From Escherichia phage vB_EcoS_ACG-M12, in the sequence record NC_019404.1: a DNA stretch of 46,054 nucleotides; one strand, written 5' to 3'. Below are positions 36,167 to 44,832 of this stretch, one piece after another (position 1 is the stretch's first letter; each line of letters starts with the position of its first letter). The position numbers and the translations under genes are program-made. The notes beneath the pieces are model-generated. The model searched no databases. It worked only from the letters and a program-made list of their open reading frames with translations, and had not been told where the DNA came from.

Positions 36167-36242
36167 CACGAATTGCTAAAGAAGATTTTAAAGGATGGGG
36201 TATAGTTACTCCATCGAAACGAAACGCAGAGAGAGAAACAAA
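36162..36242 (+). promoter_or_regulatory. conserved intergenic cassette (AATAGCACGAATTGCTAAA ... GGTATAGTTACTCCATCGAAACGAAACG)
   Basis: Box overlaps the stop TAG of the VRR-NUC gene; TATAGTTAC at 36201-36209. Confidence 0.55.
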
Positions 36243-36440
36243 ATGGCTACTATCTATACAGGAATCAACTACGAGTCACGCAAAACTGGTTACATCTACG
36301 AGCTAGTCGTTACTGAAGATGGTTACATTCTCGAGGATATCGACGACTCAAATTACGCATTCGAAGTTACCCCAACATACAAAGATGATTTAGAAACTGT
36401 TAAAAACGCATTTGGCGAAAAATTTGATGAGGTATCATAA
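36243..36440 (+). CDS. hypothetical small protein (65 aa)
   Basis: In-frame ATG after AGAGAGAGAAACAAA (track start is upstream, inside the cassette). Confidence 0.4.
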   Translation: MATIYTGINYESRKTGYIYELVVTEDGYILEDIDDSNYAFEVTPTYKDDLETVKNAFGEKFDEVS

Positions 36441-36598
36441 TGAGAGAGGCAATCGTAAACTGGAAAACCGGAGAAGATTCAAAGTTCTTCTTCAATACAT
36501 TCTCACAATATATTGACAAGTTTGTTTTCGTGATTGATGGTGGATGTGAGGTTGTTGTTCCAATTAATCTGGTTGATGTATTGGAGGTATCAGAATAA
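36440..36598 (+). CDS. hypothetical small protein (52 aa)
   Basis: TAATG overlaps at both ends; below the track cutoff. Confidence 0.35.
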   Translation: MREAIVNWKTGEDSKFFFNTFSQYIDKFVFVIDGGCEVVVPINLVDVLEVSE

Positions 36599-36819
36599 TG
36601 GCAATTTTTACATTTGAGAATCAATGGGAAGTATTTAAATTAATGGCAGTCCAGGAGCTAAAGAAATCTGGGTATAACAAAAACCCATGGGACTTAGTAT
36701 TTTGTCTTGACATGAGCTTTGAAGAAGACTACCTGAATACCGACATCGAAACATGGCGCGACCGCATGGTTGCTGATATCGAAGAAATGAAGAAAGATTG
36801 CCATGAGGATTTCTTATGA
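36598..36819 (+). CDS. hypothetical small protein (73 aa)
   Basis: ATG overlap-coupled. Confidence 0.4.
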   Translation: MAIFTFENQWEVFKLMAVQELKKSGYNKNPWDLVFCLDMSFEEDYLNTDIETWRDRMVADIEEMKKDCHEDFL

Positions 36820-37016
36820 TTAATAATAGACCGTTCGTTGTTACGTTTAAGCCAAGAAACAACACCCCACGGATGGATATTGATGAGTACCTTCTGAAAC
36901 GAGGAAATAGCTATTTTGTTCTTGAAATTTCAGCAGACTCAGATAGGTATATAGTAAAAAACGATGCTGGTATTGTTGTTAGTGTTTCAAAATTGGATGT
37001 GGAGATTGTGAGATGA
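36816..37016 (+). CDS. hypothetical small protein (66 aa)
   Basis: ATGA overlap. Confidence 0.4.
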   Translation: MINNRPFVVTFKPRNNTPRMDIDEYLLKRGNSYFVLEISADSDRYIVKNDAGIVVSVSKLDVEIVR

Positions 37017-37207
37017 TTAATGCAACTTGTGTAAAAGCAAATGGTTCCTTTACTCTACTTGAAGATTACGAAATTATCTTTAATTCAGATGGTGCAATAA
37101 CAGTATTAAGCGATGATGGATGCTATTGGTTCGTTAGTTATCAAGGTGATGGGTATTACGGGTGTAGAGATTCTAATGGAAAAGAAGTTAGCTTCTTAGT
37201 AGAATAG
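37013..37207 (+). CDS. hypothetical small protein (64 aa) with YQGDGYY motif
   Basis: Shares SYQGDGYY with gene 40864 (AEYQGDGYY). Confidence 0.4.
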   Translation: MINATCVKANGSFTLLEDYEIIFNSDGAITVLSDDGCYWFVSYQGDGYYGCRDSNGKEVSFLVE

Positions 37208-37277
37208 CATTTTTTGTTAAAACTAAAATCCACGGATGGATTATATTAAACACATCAACAGCGCAGAGGATTGAGAT
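37203..37277 (+). promoter_or_regulatory. conserved intergenic cassette (AATAGCATTTTTTGTTAAA variant)
   Basis: Box overlaps the stop TAG of gene 37013; GGATTATATTAAACACATCAACAGCGCAGAGG. Confidence 0.45.
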
Positions 37278-37403
37278 ATGAAAATTGTAGACAAAGAGAT
37301 GTTCGAAATTGCACAGACCTATGCAAGTGACGCAGTTAAAACAGGCTCAGAATATTGCTGGATGTGTGCTAAAGAATACCTGAAAATGGCTTACGGATTA
37401 TGA
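37278..37403 (+). CDS. hypothetical small protein (41 aa)
   Basis: ATG after GAGGATTGAG; ATGA overlap with the next gene; below the track cutoff. Confidence 0.3.
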   Translation: MKIVDKEMFEIAQTYASDAVKTGSEYCWMCAKEYLKMAYGL

Positions 37404-37648
37404 TCGTTGAAACCGGACGCGCCGCAGTGTGGGCTCATTGTGGAGAGGCTGGATTGCAAGATGACATTAAGCAGATATCTAGATTCTTTGATATAAAAGA
37501 TATCAGCGTCGTGTTCAATGGCAAATTCTCTTACATGGATGAGCGCCCAAGAAAATACGTAAGAGTTAAGCCAGGCGTCAGGATTGATGTTAACGAGTTC
37601 CTTAAATCTGAGGGATTCAAGTTTAAGATAACGAAGCCTAAGGATTGA
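37400..37648 (+). CDS. hypothetical protein (82 aa)
   Basis: ATG, overlap-coupled. Confidence 0.4.
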   Translation: MIVETGRAAVWAHCGEAGLQDDIKQISRFFDIKDISVVFNGKFSYMDERPRKYVRVKPGVRIDVNEFLKSEGFKFKITKPKD

Positions 37649-37902
37649 GTATGTTGGGTTTAGATTTTCAGCCAGAGCATTACGATTTAGTATATGGTCA
37701 AAGTGGTGCAAAGTTTAGAGCGATACCTATTGCTGATTGGTTCCCTCCTGATTATGTGGATGTGAACGCAAAAACTAAAGACGGGAAGTGGGTTCAGATT
37801 TACTACTCCCCAGCATGCGGAAACCTTTGTATGACTGACATTGATCAGAAATTAGCAATTAGTGCGGAAGTTATAGACTACTGGTTGAAAGAAGTTGAAT
37901 GA
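37645..37902 (+). CDS. hypothetical protein (85 aa)
   Basis: ATG, overlap-coupled. Confidence 0.4.
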   Translation: MSMLGLDFQPEHYDLVYGQSGAKFRAIPIADWFPPDYVDVNAKTKDGKWVQIYYSPACGNLCMTDIDQKLAISAEVIDYWLKEVE

Positions 37903-37985
37903 AGAGCCTGATACTAGTAGCATTAGTCCAACTATTTAGCTTTACTATCTTATATTTTATCGTAATGAATTAAGGAACTTATATA

Positions 37986-39122
37986 ATGGCAACTGCAAAA
38001 ATTACCAACGAACAGCTTCTTGAAGAGCTGATTAACGGCATGACCAACAAGGCCATTGCAGAGAAGTACGGAATGAACATTCGCAATGTTGAGTTGCGTC
38101 GCAGTAAATTGGCGAAGCAGGGTGAATGGCATGGAAACCCAGGCATCAAGAAGCTAGTTCCTGACGGTTATTTGGTCAAAGGCACATCAACGATGATTGA
38201 TGCCGAAGGTAACGAAAAGCTGCGCTGGGTTAAAACATCCGTAGATAATGAGCGCCTTGAGGTTTTAATGGAGCAAGCCCGAGAAGCATTCTGCTCTGAT
38301 TTGCCAAAGGCTATTCCATCTGAATCACCGAATGTTAACTTTGATGACAACACGCTTGCGATGTATCCAGTCTTTGACTTGCACATTGGAGCAATGGCTC
38401 ACAAACATGAGTGTGGCGAAAACTACGACACAGAAACAGCAGAGAAGGTTATGAATGGTTTCTTTGACTACGCTGTAGATAAGGCTCCGAACTCAAAGAA
38501 TGCCGTGCTTGTTCTTGGTGGTGATTTCTTGCATTACGATTCATTAGAGGCAAAAACACCAGCGTCAGGCCATATCTTAGATTCTGACAGCCGTTACGCA
38601 AAGATTGTTTATGTCGCAATCCGTTCAGTGCGACGTGCAATTTCTAGAATGATGGAAAAGCATCAAGTTATTGATATTAAAGTAATAAGTGGAAACCACG
38701 ACGAGGCAGGGATGGTTTGGCTGCGCGCTGCGCTTGCTGCGTTTTATGAAGATGAACCGCGCGTAAATGTTGATGTTAGCCCAGCCGCAATGATGATGAC
38801 CAGCTTTGGAACTACGCTTATTGGATACACCCACGGGCATCAAATGCGAAAAGCAGATACGCGACTAACTGTTATGGCAACCGATTTTCGTAAGTTATTT
38901 GGTCAAAGTGAGTATGTTTACACACATAGTGGCCACTGGCATTCGCAGAAGATTACAGAAACAAACTTGGGTATTGATGAGGTTCATGGGCAGCTTGGAA
39001 GCCCTGACGCGTACTCAGCAAATGGCGGATGGCGCTCTCAACGTCAAGCGGCGGTTATTGTCTACCATAAAGAATTCGGTGAAGTTGGCCGCTTCATTTG
39101 TCGCCCTAAAATGTTTGGATAA
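37986..39122 (+). CDS. metallophosphoesterase (calcineurin-like) with N-terminal HTH-like domain (378 aa)
   Basis: DLHIG (DxH), GGDFLHYD (GDxxD), GNHDE (GNHD/E), later HGH and GHWH motifs; N-terminal NKAIAEKYGMNIRNVELRR helix-turn-helix-like. Confidence 0.6.
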   Translation: MATAKITNEQLLEELINGMTNKAIAEKYGMNIRNVELRRSKLAKQGEWHGNPGIKKLVPDGYLVKGTSTMIDAEGNEKLRWVKTSVDNERLEVLMEQAREAFCSDLPKAIPSESPNVNFDDNTLAMYPVFDLHIGAMAHKHECGENYDTETAEKVMNGFFDYAVDKAPNSKNAVLVLGGDFLHYDSLEAKTPASGHILDSDSRYAKIVYVAIRSVRRAISRMMEKHQVIDIKVISGNHDEAGMVWLRAALAAFYEDEPRVNVDVSPAAMMMTSFGTTLIGYTHGHQMRKADTRLTVMATDFRKLFGQSEYVYTHSGHWHSQKITETNLGIDEVHGQLGSPDAYSANGGWRSQRQAAVIVYHKEFGEVGRFICRPKMFG

Positions 39123-39193
39123 TAGCACATTTTGTTAAAACAGTAGCCGCGAAAGCGGCTATTATTGTTTTATACAAACGGGAGGGGATTTAA
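39121..39193 (+). promoter_or_regulatory. conserved intergenic cassette (AATAGCACATTTTGTTAAA variant) containing hairpin TAGCCGC-gaaa-GCGGCTA
   Basis: Precedes the HNH gene at 39194. Confidence 0.45.
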
Positions 39194-39688
39194 ATGGATT
39201 GGAATGATTTTCTTGAGTATAGAGATGGCAGGCTTTACTGGACTGACCCGCATTCAACAAAACTCAAGCCAGGTGATGAGGCTGGCAGCAGGCACCATAT
39301 GGGTTATTGGTACATTCGCAGATATGACAAAACAATGTCAAGGCACAGAATCGTATGGGAGATGCACAACGGACCAATACCAGAAGGCATGGAGATAGAT
39401 CATATAAATCACGCCCCTGGTGATGACAGGATTGAAAACCTAAGAATGGTCACAAGAAGGCAAAACAATCAAAACAAGAAATTAGATGGAAGAAATACAA
39501 GCGGACACGTCGGGGTCAGCTTGAACAAGAAGACAAACAAATGGAGAGCAATGATAGGCATAAAGGGAGAGGACGGAAAGAGGAAAACTCTATACGTTTA
39601 CTATGGTGATTCTTTCGATGACGCAGTGTCAGCAAGAAAGAGAGCTGAGGTTGAGTACTCATTTCACGAAAATCACGGAAGAAGCTAG
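39194..39688 (+). CDS. HNH homing endonuclease with AP2-like domain (164 aa), paralogue of gene 17224
   Basis: MDWNDFLEYRDGRLYW ... HRIVWEMHNG ... IDHINH ... RIENLR; clear paralogy with the 17224 protein. Confidence 0.75.
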   Translation: MDWNDFLEYRDGRLYWTDPHSTKLKPGDEAGSRHHMGYWYIRRYDKTMSRHRIVWEMHNGPIPEGMEIDHINHAPGDDRIENLRMVTRRQNNQNKKLDGRNTSGHVGVSLNKKTNKWRAMIGIKGEDGKRKTLYVYYGDSFDDAVSARKRAEVEYSFHENHGRS

Positions 39689-39689
39689 A

Positions 39690-39764
39690 AATAGCACTTT
39701 TTGCCTAAAGCATGCCGTATAAATGCGGCATAATTACCACATCGAAACGAGATGAGGAATTGTA
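39690..39764 (+). promoter_or_regulatory. conserved intergenic cassette (AATAGCACTTTTTGCCTAAA ... GGCATAATTACCACATCGAAACGAG)
   Basis: Precedes gene 39765; contains hairpin ATGCCG...CGGCAT. Confidence 0.5.
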
Positions 39765-40238
39765 ATGATTTACGTATTTGATATCGATGGAACTATAGCT
39801 AATAATGAACATAGAAGTCACCTCTTGCCATACAGTGACCTTCACTTGACTTCAAGTTGGAAGGATTACAATAAAGCCTGTTCTGGAGACTCACCAATAA
39901 TCCCAATGATAAACATGATGAACAAACTTGCGGAATTATGTCAGGTTTACATTATGACCTCCAGAAGTGATGAAGTTGAATGGAGAACACTTGAGTGGCT
40001 TCAGGATAATGAGGTTGAGTATGATTCGATATACATGAGAAGTCGACATGACAACCGAAAAGATTACAAAATAAAAGAGGAATGGCTTAATGAAATCAGT
40101 GGTGGCGATAAAAGCAATGTGGTTATTTTTGAAGATAACCCACAAGTAATTAAGCACCTAAGGAGTTGCGGATACACCGTTATGGCCGTATGTGAATATG
40201 AAGAACTACCTAAAGATTGCGAATCTCACGGAGAATGA
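39765..40238 (+). CDS. HAD-superfamily phosphatase (157 aa), possibly a 3'-phosphatase or nucleotidase
   Basis: N-terminal DxDGT motif (VFDIDGTIA) and a later acidic motif, consistent with a HAD fold. Confidence 0.5.
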   Translation: MIYVFDIDGTIANNEHRSHLLPYSDLHLTSSWKDYNKACSGDSPIIPMINMMNKLAELCQVYIMTSRSDEVEWRTLEWLQDNEVEYDSIYMRSRHDNRKDYKIKEEWLNEISGGDKSNVVIFEDNPQVIKHLRSCGYTVMAVCEYEELPKDCESHGE

Positions 40239-40240
40239 AA

Positions 40241-40795
40241 ATGACTAAATTATTTATCCTTAATGGCCCCGCTGGAGTTGGTAAGGATACTATAGCGGAT
40301 ATCATGGTTGAGACTGGTGTCGCCAAAGAAAAGGTATCATTCAAGTCACCAATGTTTAACGTTGCTAGAGGTATTCTTTCAATAGATGAATTCGATTGGT
40401 TTATTGAAAACTACAACAATCGCGACGAGAAGGAGAAACATCAGAAAATTCTAGGTGGAAAAAGCATTCGAGAGTTCATGATCTGGATTAGCGAGTCTGT
40501 AATGAAGCCAGTCTTTGGTGATGATGTTTTTGGTAAAAGGCTCGCCCAGTCACTTAGTGATGGTTGCTACATTTGCGCTGACGGTGGATTTGCTAGCGAG
40601 ATTAAGCCACTGATCGACGCTGGTGTTGAGGTCACGTTAATCAGATTGCATAGGGCGGGGCACACATTTGATGGCGATAGTCGCTCATACATTCACGGGG
40701 TGTGCGCAAGAGAAATTGATGTTCGTGTTGTTGGTGGTGATATTGATGGAACATCAGCATTGGTAAGGCACGTAATAAATAGCACTAATTGCTAA
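40241..40795 (+). CDS. P-loop kinase, dNMP-kinase-like (184 aa) ending ...NSTNC
   Basis: KLFILNGPAGVGKDTIADIM resembles the T4 gp1 dNMP kinase N-terminus (from memory); ATG directly after the HAD gene stop; C-terminus encoded by the dyad box. Confidence 0.5.
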   Translation: MTKLFILNGPAGVGKDTIADIMVETGVAKEKVSFKSPMFNVARGILSIDEFDWFIENYNNRDEKEKHQKILGGKSIREFMIWISESVMKPVFGDDVFGKRLAQSLSDGCYICADGGFASEIKPLIDAGVEVTLIRLHRAGHTFDGDSRSYIHGVCAREIDVRVVGGDIDGTSALVRHVINSTNC

Positions 40796-40863
40796 AGATA
40801 ATAATAAAAACTGAGTTATCATTAACACATCGAAACGAGATGAAACAAACGAGGAAACACAAG
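40778..40863 (+). promoter_or_regulatory. conserved intergenic cassette (AATAGCACTAATTGCTAAA ... CACATCGAAACGAG)
   Basis: Box forms the last codons of the kinase gene; leader precedes the ATG at 40864. Confidence 0.5.
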
Positions 40864-41040
40864 ATGACTAAAATGATTTATTGCACCAAGAACAACTCCA
40901 AGACGCTTCCATTTACAGTTAACCAGCCGTACAATGCAGAGTATCAGGGTGACGGATATTACAAGATTTACGGAGACGATATGACGTGGATTTTAGCACC
41001 GATTGATGGTTCGCTTGTTGAATTTATTATCGCAGAATAG
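40864..41040 (+). CDS. hypothetical small protein (58 aa) with YQGDGYY motif
   Basis: In-frame ATG after ACGAGGAAACACAAG; paralogous motif with gene 37013. Confidence 0.4.
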   Translation: MTKMIYCTKNNSKTLPFTVNQPYNAEYQGDGYYKIYGDDMTWILAPIDGSLVEFIIAE

Positions 41041-41065
41041 CGCATCTAAAACATAGCTTTACAAG

Positions 41066-41093
41066 TGGGGGCCTTTTGGCTCCCTTTTTTTTG
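41066..41093 (+). terminator. rho-independent terminator
   Basis: Imperfect GC hairpin GGGGGCC...GGCTCCC followed by a T8 run. Confidence 0.55.
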
Positions 41094-41169
41094 CTTCTTT
41101 TCCGAACAGGGCTACTGTATCATGTTTACACTAACTTAAACATTGACAAATAGACAAATGGAGGATCAC

Positions 41170-41385
41170 ATGAGGGAAGTAATCAACGCCGCTACGGCGT
41201 CAACTGGAGGGGCAGCGGTAACTGGAGCGGCAACTGGTCAGATGACTATAGCAATAATCAGCCTTATCGCTTTAATCATTTTTGGTGCGTGGGGTGCTTA
41301 CTGGAAGTTTAAGGATAGCCAGGCGATTCGGCGCGCTCTTGAATCAGGAGACTTAAAAACAGCAATCAAGATAAGGAGTAAGTAA
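41170..41385 (+). CDS. holin candidate (71 aa)
   Basis: Single transmembrane helix IAIISLIALIIFGAWGAYW; charged C-terminus; immediately upstream of the endolysin; start at the ATG after GGAGG. Confidence 0.55.
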   Translation: MREVINAATASTGGAAVTGAATGQMTIAIISLIALIIFGAWGAYWKFKDSQAIRRALESGDLKTAIKIRSK

Positions 41386-41871
41386 ATGAAGCAGAAGCTG
41401 CTAATTAGCGCGGCTACGGCTACGGCAATATACATCGCAGCACCGCTTATTGAGCTCGTAGAGGGTGTGGAAAACAAGCCTTACATGGACATTGCTGGAA
41501 TCCCTACTGTTTGCTCTGGCGTTACTGGCCCTGACGTTGTTTGGGGTAAGACCTACAGCAACAGGGAATGCCGGAACTTACTGGAGAAGCACATTCAGAT
41601 TCATGCCAGGCATGTTCAGAATGCAGTTACCTACCCAATCGCACCTCAGACAAGAGCGGCTTTAATCAGCTTTAGCTACAACGTTGGTGGAAATGCGATG
41701 AGGAATTCAACGGCAGTTCGACTTATTAATCAGGGTAAAGTTGAGCAGGGTTGCAATGCTCTCGGGATGTGGAATAAGGCTCGGGTTAACGGAAAGCTAA
41801 AGGTAGTTAAAGGCCTGGTTAACAGGAGAAACGAGGAGATTAAGTTATGCTTAAGTGGATTGCAGCGTTAG
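41386..41871 (+). CDS. endolysin, GH24 lysozyme family (161 aa)
   Basis: Catalytic arrangement E-x8-D-x5-T (LVEGVENKPYMDIAGIPT), as in the P22 gp19/T4 e lysozyme family; N-terminal hydrophobic segment. Confidence 0.75.
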   Translation: MKQKLLISAATATAIYIAAPLIELVEGVENKPYMDIAGIPTVCSGVTGPDVVWGKTYSNRECRNLLEKHIQIHARHVQNAVTYPIAPQTRAALISFSYNVGGNAMRNSTAVRLINQGKVEQGCNALGMWNKARVNGKLKVVKGLVNRRNEEIKLCLSGLQR

Positions 41872-42236
41872 TAATGTGCATGGCTTTATCTGGATGCTCA
41901 GCAACTGAAGTCCTGACCGGATTGATTGGAAGTAAACCAGATGTCACTGCGCAGGTTGGAGCGGCTAACAATAAAGTCGGCGTTGGTGCTTCCGTTAGTA
42001 GCGACTCCAGCAATTCCAGTGAAGCCACTGTAAGGGATTCTAAGGTTGGGAGCCTGGATAGCTCAAGCAGAAAAAAGACCTCCGACAATTCAATTAAGGC
42101 ATCAACAATCACTGCCGAAAAGATTGAGATTACAAACAATGAATCATCATCACTACCGTGGATTGGTACTGGCGTTATGTTCTGCCTGGTTCTTATTCTT
42201 CTGGCAATTATCTTAAGACGTAAAAAAGCCCCTTAA
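41847..42236 (+). CDS. unimolecular spanin-like lipoprotein (129 aa)
   Basis: Lipobox ALSGC|S at the N-terminus plus C-terminal transmembrane helix LPWIGTGVMFCLVLILLAIIL; overlaps the endolysin 3' end, as for the T1 gp11-type u-spanin (from memory). Confidence 0.6.
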   Translation: MLKWIAALVMCMALSGCSATEVLTGLIGSKPDVTAQVGAANNKVGVGASVSSDSSNSSEATVRDSKVGSLDSSSRKKTSDNSIKASTITAEKIEITNNESSSLPWIGTGVMFCLVLILLAIILRRKKAP

Positions 42237-42251
42237 TAGGGGCTATATTTT
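42221..42251. terminator. bidirectional terminator between convergent genes
   Basis: AGCCCC-ttaata-GGGGCT flanked by A- and T-rich runs; overlaps the spanin stop. Confidence 0.55.
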
Positions 42252-42586
42252 TAGCTAAATAACTCGTCGTCAGTCATGTTTCCTATGTTCATCATTTCCT
42301 TTATGTACTTACTATCATAACCGTTCAGTGCTTCGAAGTTAAACTCAAAAGGCCTCTTCAAACTCCCTCTACTAACAAACTCACCACACTTACCATCAAT
42401 ATATCCTGAGCTTAACATCTTTGCGCAGAACTCCTTTGAAGCTGCACTGCAAAACTTCCGATGTGGCAAACCTGCCGCCTTGCTAAACCTCTCTGAATCT
42501 TTGTGCTTGTATATGAATCGCGCCAAATGCTGGCGCGTAAAATAACTGTAGGACTCGCAAAATCTGTATAAATCAAGAAGAAACAT
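42251..42586 (-). CDS. hypothetical protein (111 aa)
   Basis: ATG start; directly downstream of the DUF3987-like gene on the minus strand. Confidence 0.45.
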   Translation of the reverse strand: MFLLDLYRFCESYSYFTRQHLARFIYKHKDSERFSKAAGLPHRKFCSAASKEFCAKMLSSGYIDGKCGEFVSRGSLKRPFEFNFEALNGYDSKYIKEMMNIGNMTDDELFS

Positions 42587-42589
42587 AAA

Positions 42590-44173
42590 TCACCCCATTA
42601 CACGTGGATTAACATAAACACGGTCATCAATCATGCAAACGTAGTTACGTTCTTCAAGCATTGGGATTAAGTGGTCCTTAATCTTCGTCATTACACCGGC
42701 CTGAGATTCGAATGGCTTAACCTTTCTTGCTGACTCATACAGCGCGCGAAGGCTAACAAAACCTTTACCAGCCTTACCCATTTTCAAAGCCAGGTCGATA
42801 AGTTTATTCATCTCTGCGTTATCACCAGCATGACCTGCGGCATTAGCAGAAGATAAATATGTTTTGCTTAACTCGTTAAACATTAATACCGCCTCCTGCA
42901 TGGTTTCTAATTCAATCTCACGAGACTTTTTAGGATTGCCACCTTCTTCAGATACCCAATTGCGAACAGTATGAATAACCGAAGCTATACGGATTGCCTG
43001 CTTGTCAAATTTACCAAGTGCGCCTCGTAACATAGTGTGACTGTATTTACCTCCATCACGTAAGTGCGGTTCCATATCCTGGCGAGCACGGTTTAGATAA
43101 CGCATGGCTGAATCACTAATAGTTAGCTTAACATCCACCTCACTCATGATGTTGTGAATAAGTTTAAAGTAAGTCGCCTTAAGCGCTCCATCAATAGGTT
43201 CATAAGTTGAGCGACCTTCATCATCAACAAAAACACGTTCACCTAAGAATGATTTCTCACGAACAAGCAAAAAACGCTCTGATACACCGATACCGCGAGC
43301 ACCAGCATTCATGATTGCGTTGATTGTCTCATCTTGTGCAATTACAGAGATGCAACCCAGCGCAGTAAAAGACATGTTGTTTTCAGCGTTAGCACGAGCA
43401 ATAGAAACATCGCCAGAGTCCCATGCCTTAAGAACCAATTCACTGTTTGTCTTTTTGCTCCCGTCGCCATAAGTCATGCCTAATAATGAGTTTACAGAAG
43501 TTGCTTCATCAGATATTACAGCAAAGTTACCTTGACGGAAGTTAATTCGCGCAAGACCTTCTGGAGTTGTATCAGATACCGGAAAAACAACATCGCATAA
43601 CTTCTCTAACTTCTCCTCAAGATTCTCTTTATCCTCAAATAATCTCGCCATTTCAGAAGGTGATTGCTCCTGCTTCATTTCTTTAGCGAGAGAAGATAGT
43701 TTTGCCATAATCTTTTTTCGTTCACGCTTACGTTCCTCGTTGATTCTGTCTCGTTCAGCAATCATTGGCGCAGTTGCCAGGCTGTTAATTGCTGATTTAC
43801 CAGTTGAAGGAGGTTGGCTTGTAACAACATAAAGCGCGGTTGGCTGAGTTGTTCCGTGATACTCAACGGTAAAACGACCCAGCATTGCAGAAGATACGCA
43901 GCCTAAAAAGTGCATATAGGCAGAAGATGATGGGAACTGTACTGATCGGGCGATGTTGGCTGACAGCTTGCCTACCACATCAAAATCATTCCCGAGGCTT
44001 ATTACAGGATATTTATCATTGCAATTCTCAACCTCTACTGGGTCCTTCCAGAATGACTGAGCATATCGCATACCGTTCGCTTTAATTGCCACACGAAGCG
44101 GGGAGATGCCTTGCTGCTGCGCAATAGCCATAACCTGGTCAACACTCAACTTACTGGATTCGAACTCAAACAT
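42590..44173 (-). CDS. P-loop NTPase, DUF3987-like, putative replication/helicase-associated protein (527 aa)
   Basis: Walker-A-like YVVTSQPPSTGKSAIN; size; start at the ATG 10 nt after GGAG (track start is GTG). Confidence 0.45.
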   Translation of the reverse strand: MFEFESSKLSVDQVMAIAQQQGISPLRVAIKANGMRYAQSFWKDPVEVENCNDKYPVISLGNDFDVVGKLSANIARSVQFPSSSAYMHFLGCVSSAMLGRFTVEYHGTTQPTALYVVTSQPPSTGKSAINSLATAPMIAERDRINEERKRERKKIMAKLSSLAKEMKQEQSPSEMARLFEDKENLEEKLEKLCDVVFPVSDTTPEGLARINFRQGNFAVISDEATSVNSLLGMTYGDGSKKTNSELVLKAWDSGDVSIARANAENNMSFTALGCISVIAQDETINAIMNAGARGIGVSERFLLVREKSFLGERVFVDDEGRSTYEPIDGALKATYFKLIHNIMSEVDVKLTISDSAMRYLNRARQDMEPHLRDGGKYSHTMLRGALGKFDKQAIRIASVIHTVRNWVSEEGGNPKKSREIELETMQEAVLMFNELSKTYLSSANAAGHAGDNAEMNKLIDLALKMGKAGKGFVSLRALYESARKVKPFESQAGVMTKIKDHLIPMLEERNYVCMIDDRVYVNPRVMG

Positions 44174-44244
44174 CTTAATGCTCCATCTCGTTAATGTGCG
44201 GGTATTATATAACACCCGCTCAGTATGTCTTTATCTTTTAGTGC

Positions 44245-44598
44245 TTATTTGTATTGCGCCTCGAATTTGTAAGTCTCGCAGAGCGTCTTGAAGCCAACTT
44301 CCTCATCTCGGTAAAGCTGCCAGGCATTGCCTTCTTTGTCATAGATGTAACCAGCATTTTGGCCCAGGCCAGCGTGCATGTTTACCTGATATCTCTTTCC
44401 TTCCGCGAACACTTTAGAGACGCCACTCTTATGGTTAACCTTTGTGCAATACAGAGTCTTGGTCTTGATGTATTTGCCGCGCTCTGTAAGGTTCTTCCAT
44501 TTTCCATTAACCTTGATTTGCTCTACACCATCTTTAACGCGAGCCTTGAACAAATCGTTATCGCTTGAAACCCAGTGTTTTGTAATCGTAGTAGTCAT
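44245..44598 (-). CDS. hypothetical protein (117 aa)
   Basis: In-frame ATG after GAGAGGG; track start is further upstream. Confidence 0.4.
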   Translation of the reverse strand: MTTTITKHWVSSDNDLFKARVKDGVEQIKVNGKWKNLTERGKYIKTKTLYCTKVNHKSGVSKVFAEGKRYQVNMHAGLGQNAGYIYDKEGNAWQLYRDEEVGFKTLCETYKFEAQYK

Positions 44599-44599
44599 T

Positions 44600-44761
44600 T
44601 TAAGCCCTCTCTTTCGTTTTCCACATAAATTTGTTTGGTACTGATTTGCGAACGATTCGCACAACAATCTTATCTGTCTTTTGCACTAAGCCGTAAATCT
44701 TGCCGTCAAGTGATGAGCGGTATACTGCCTCTTCCATCTCGTCGTAAAAGTTGTCGAACAT
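44600..44761 (-). CDS. hypothetical small protein (53 aa)
   Basis: ATG after GGAGATGAGAA; the frame ends at TAA immediately before the next ATG; below the track cutoff. Confidence 0.3.
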   Translation of the reverse strand: MFDNFYDEMEEAVYRSSLDGKIYGLVQKTDKIVVRIVRKSVPNKFMWKTKERA

Positions 44762-44832
44762 TTCTCATCTCCCGTCTCGATGGAAAGATAATGCCGTATC
44801 TCACATAAATGCTTTTAGCAATTCGTGCTATT
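44762..44832 (-). promoter_or_regulatory. conserved intergenic cassette, minus orientation
   Basis: Reverse complement of 44814-44832 reads AATAGCACGAATTGCTAAAAGC; leader CCATCGAGACGGGAG. Confidence 0.45.
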
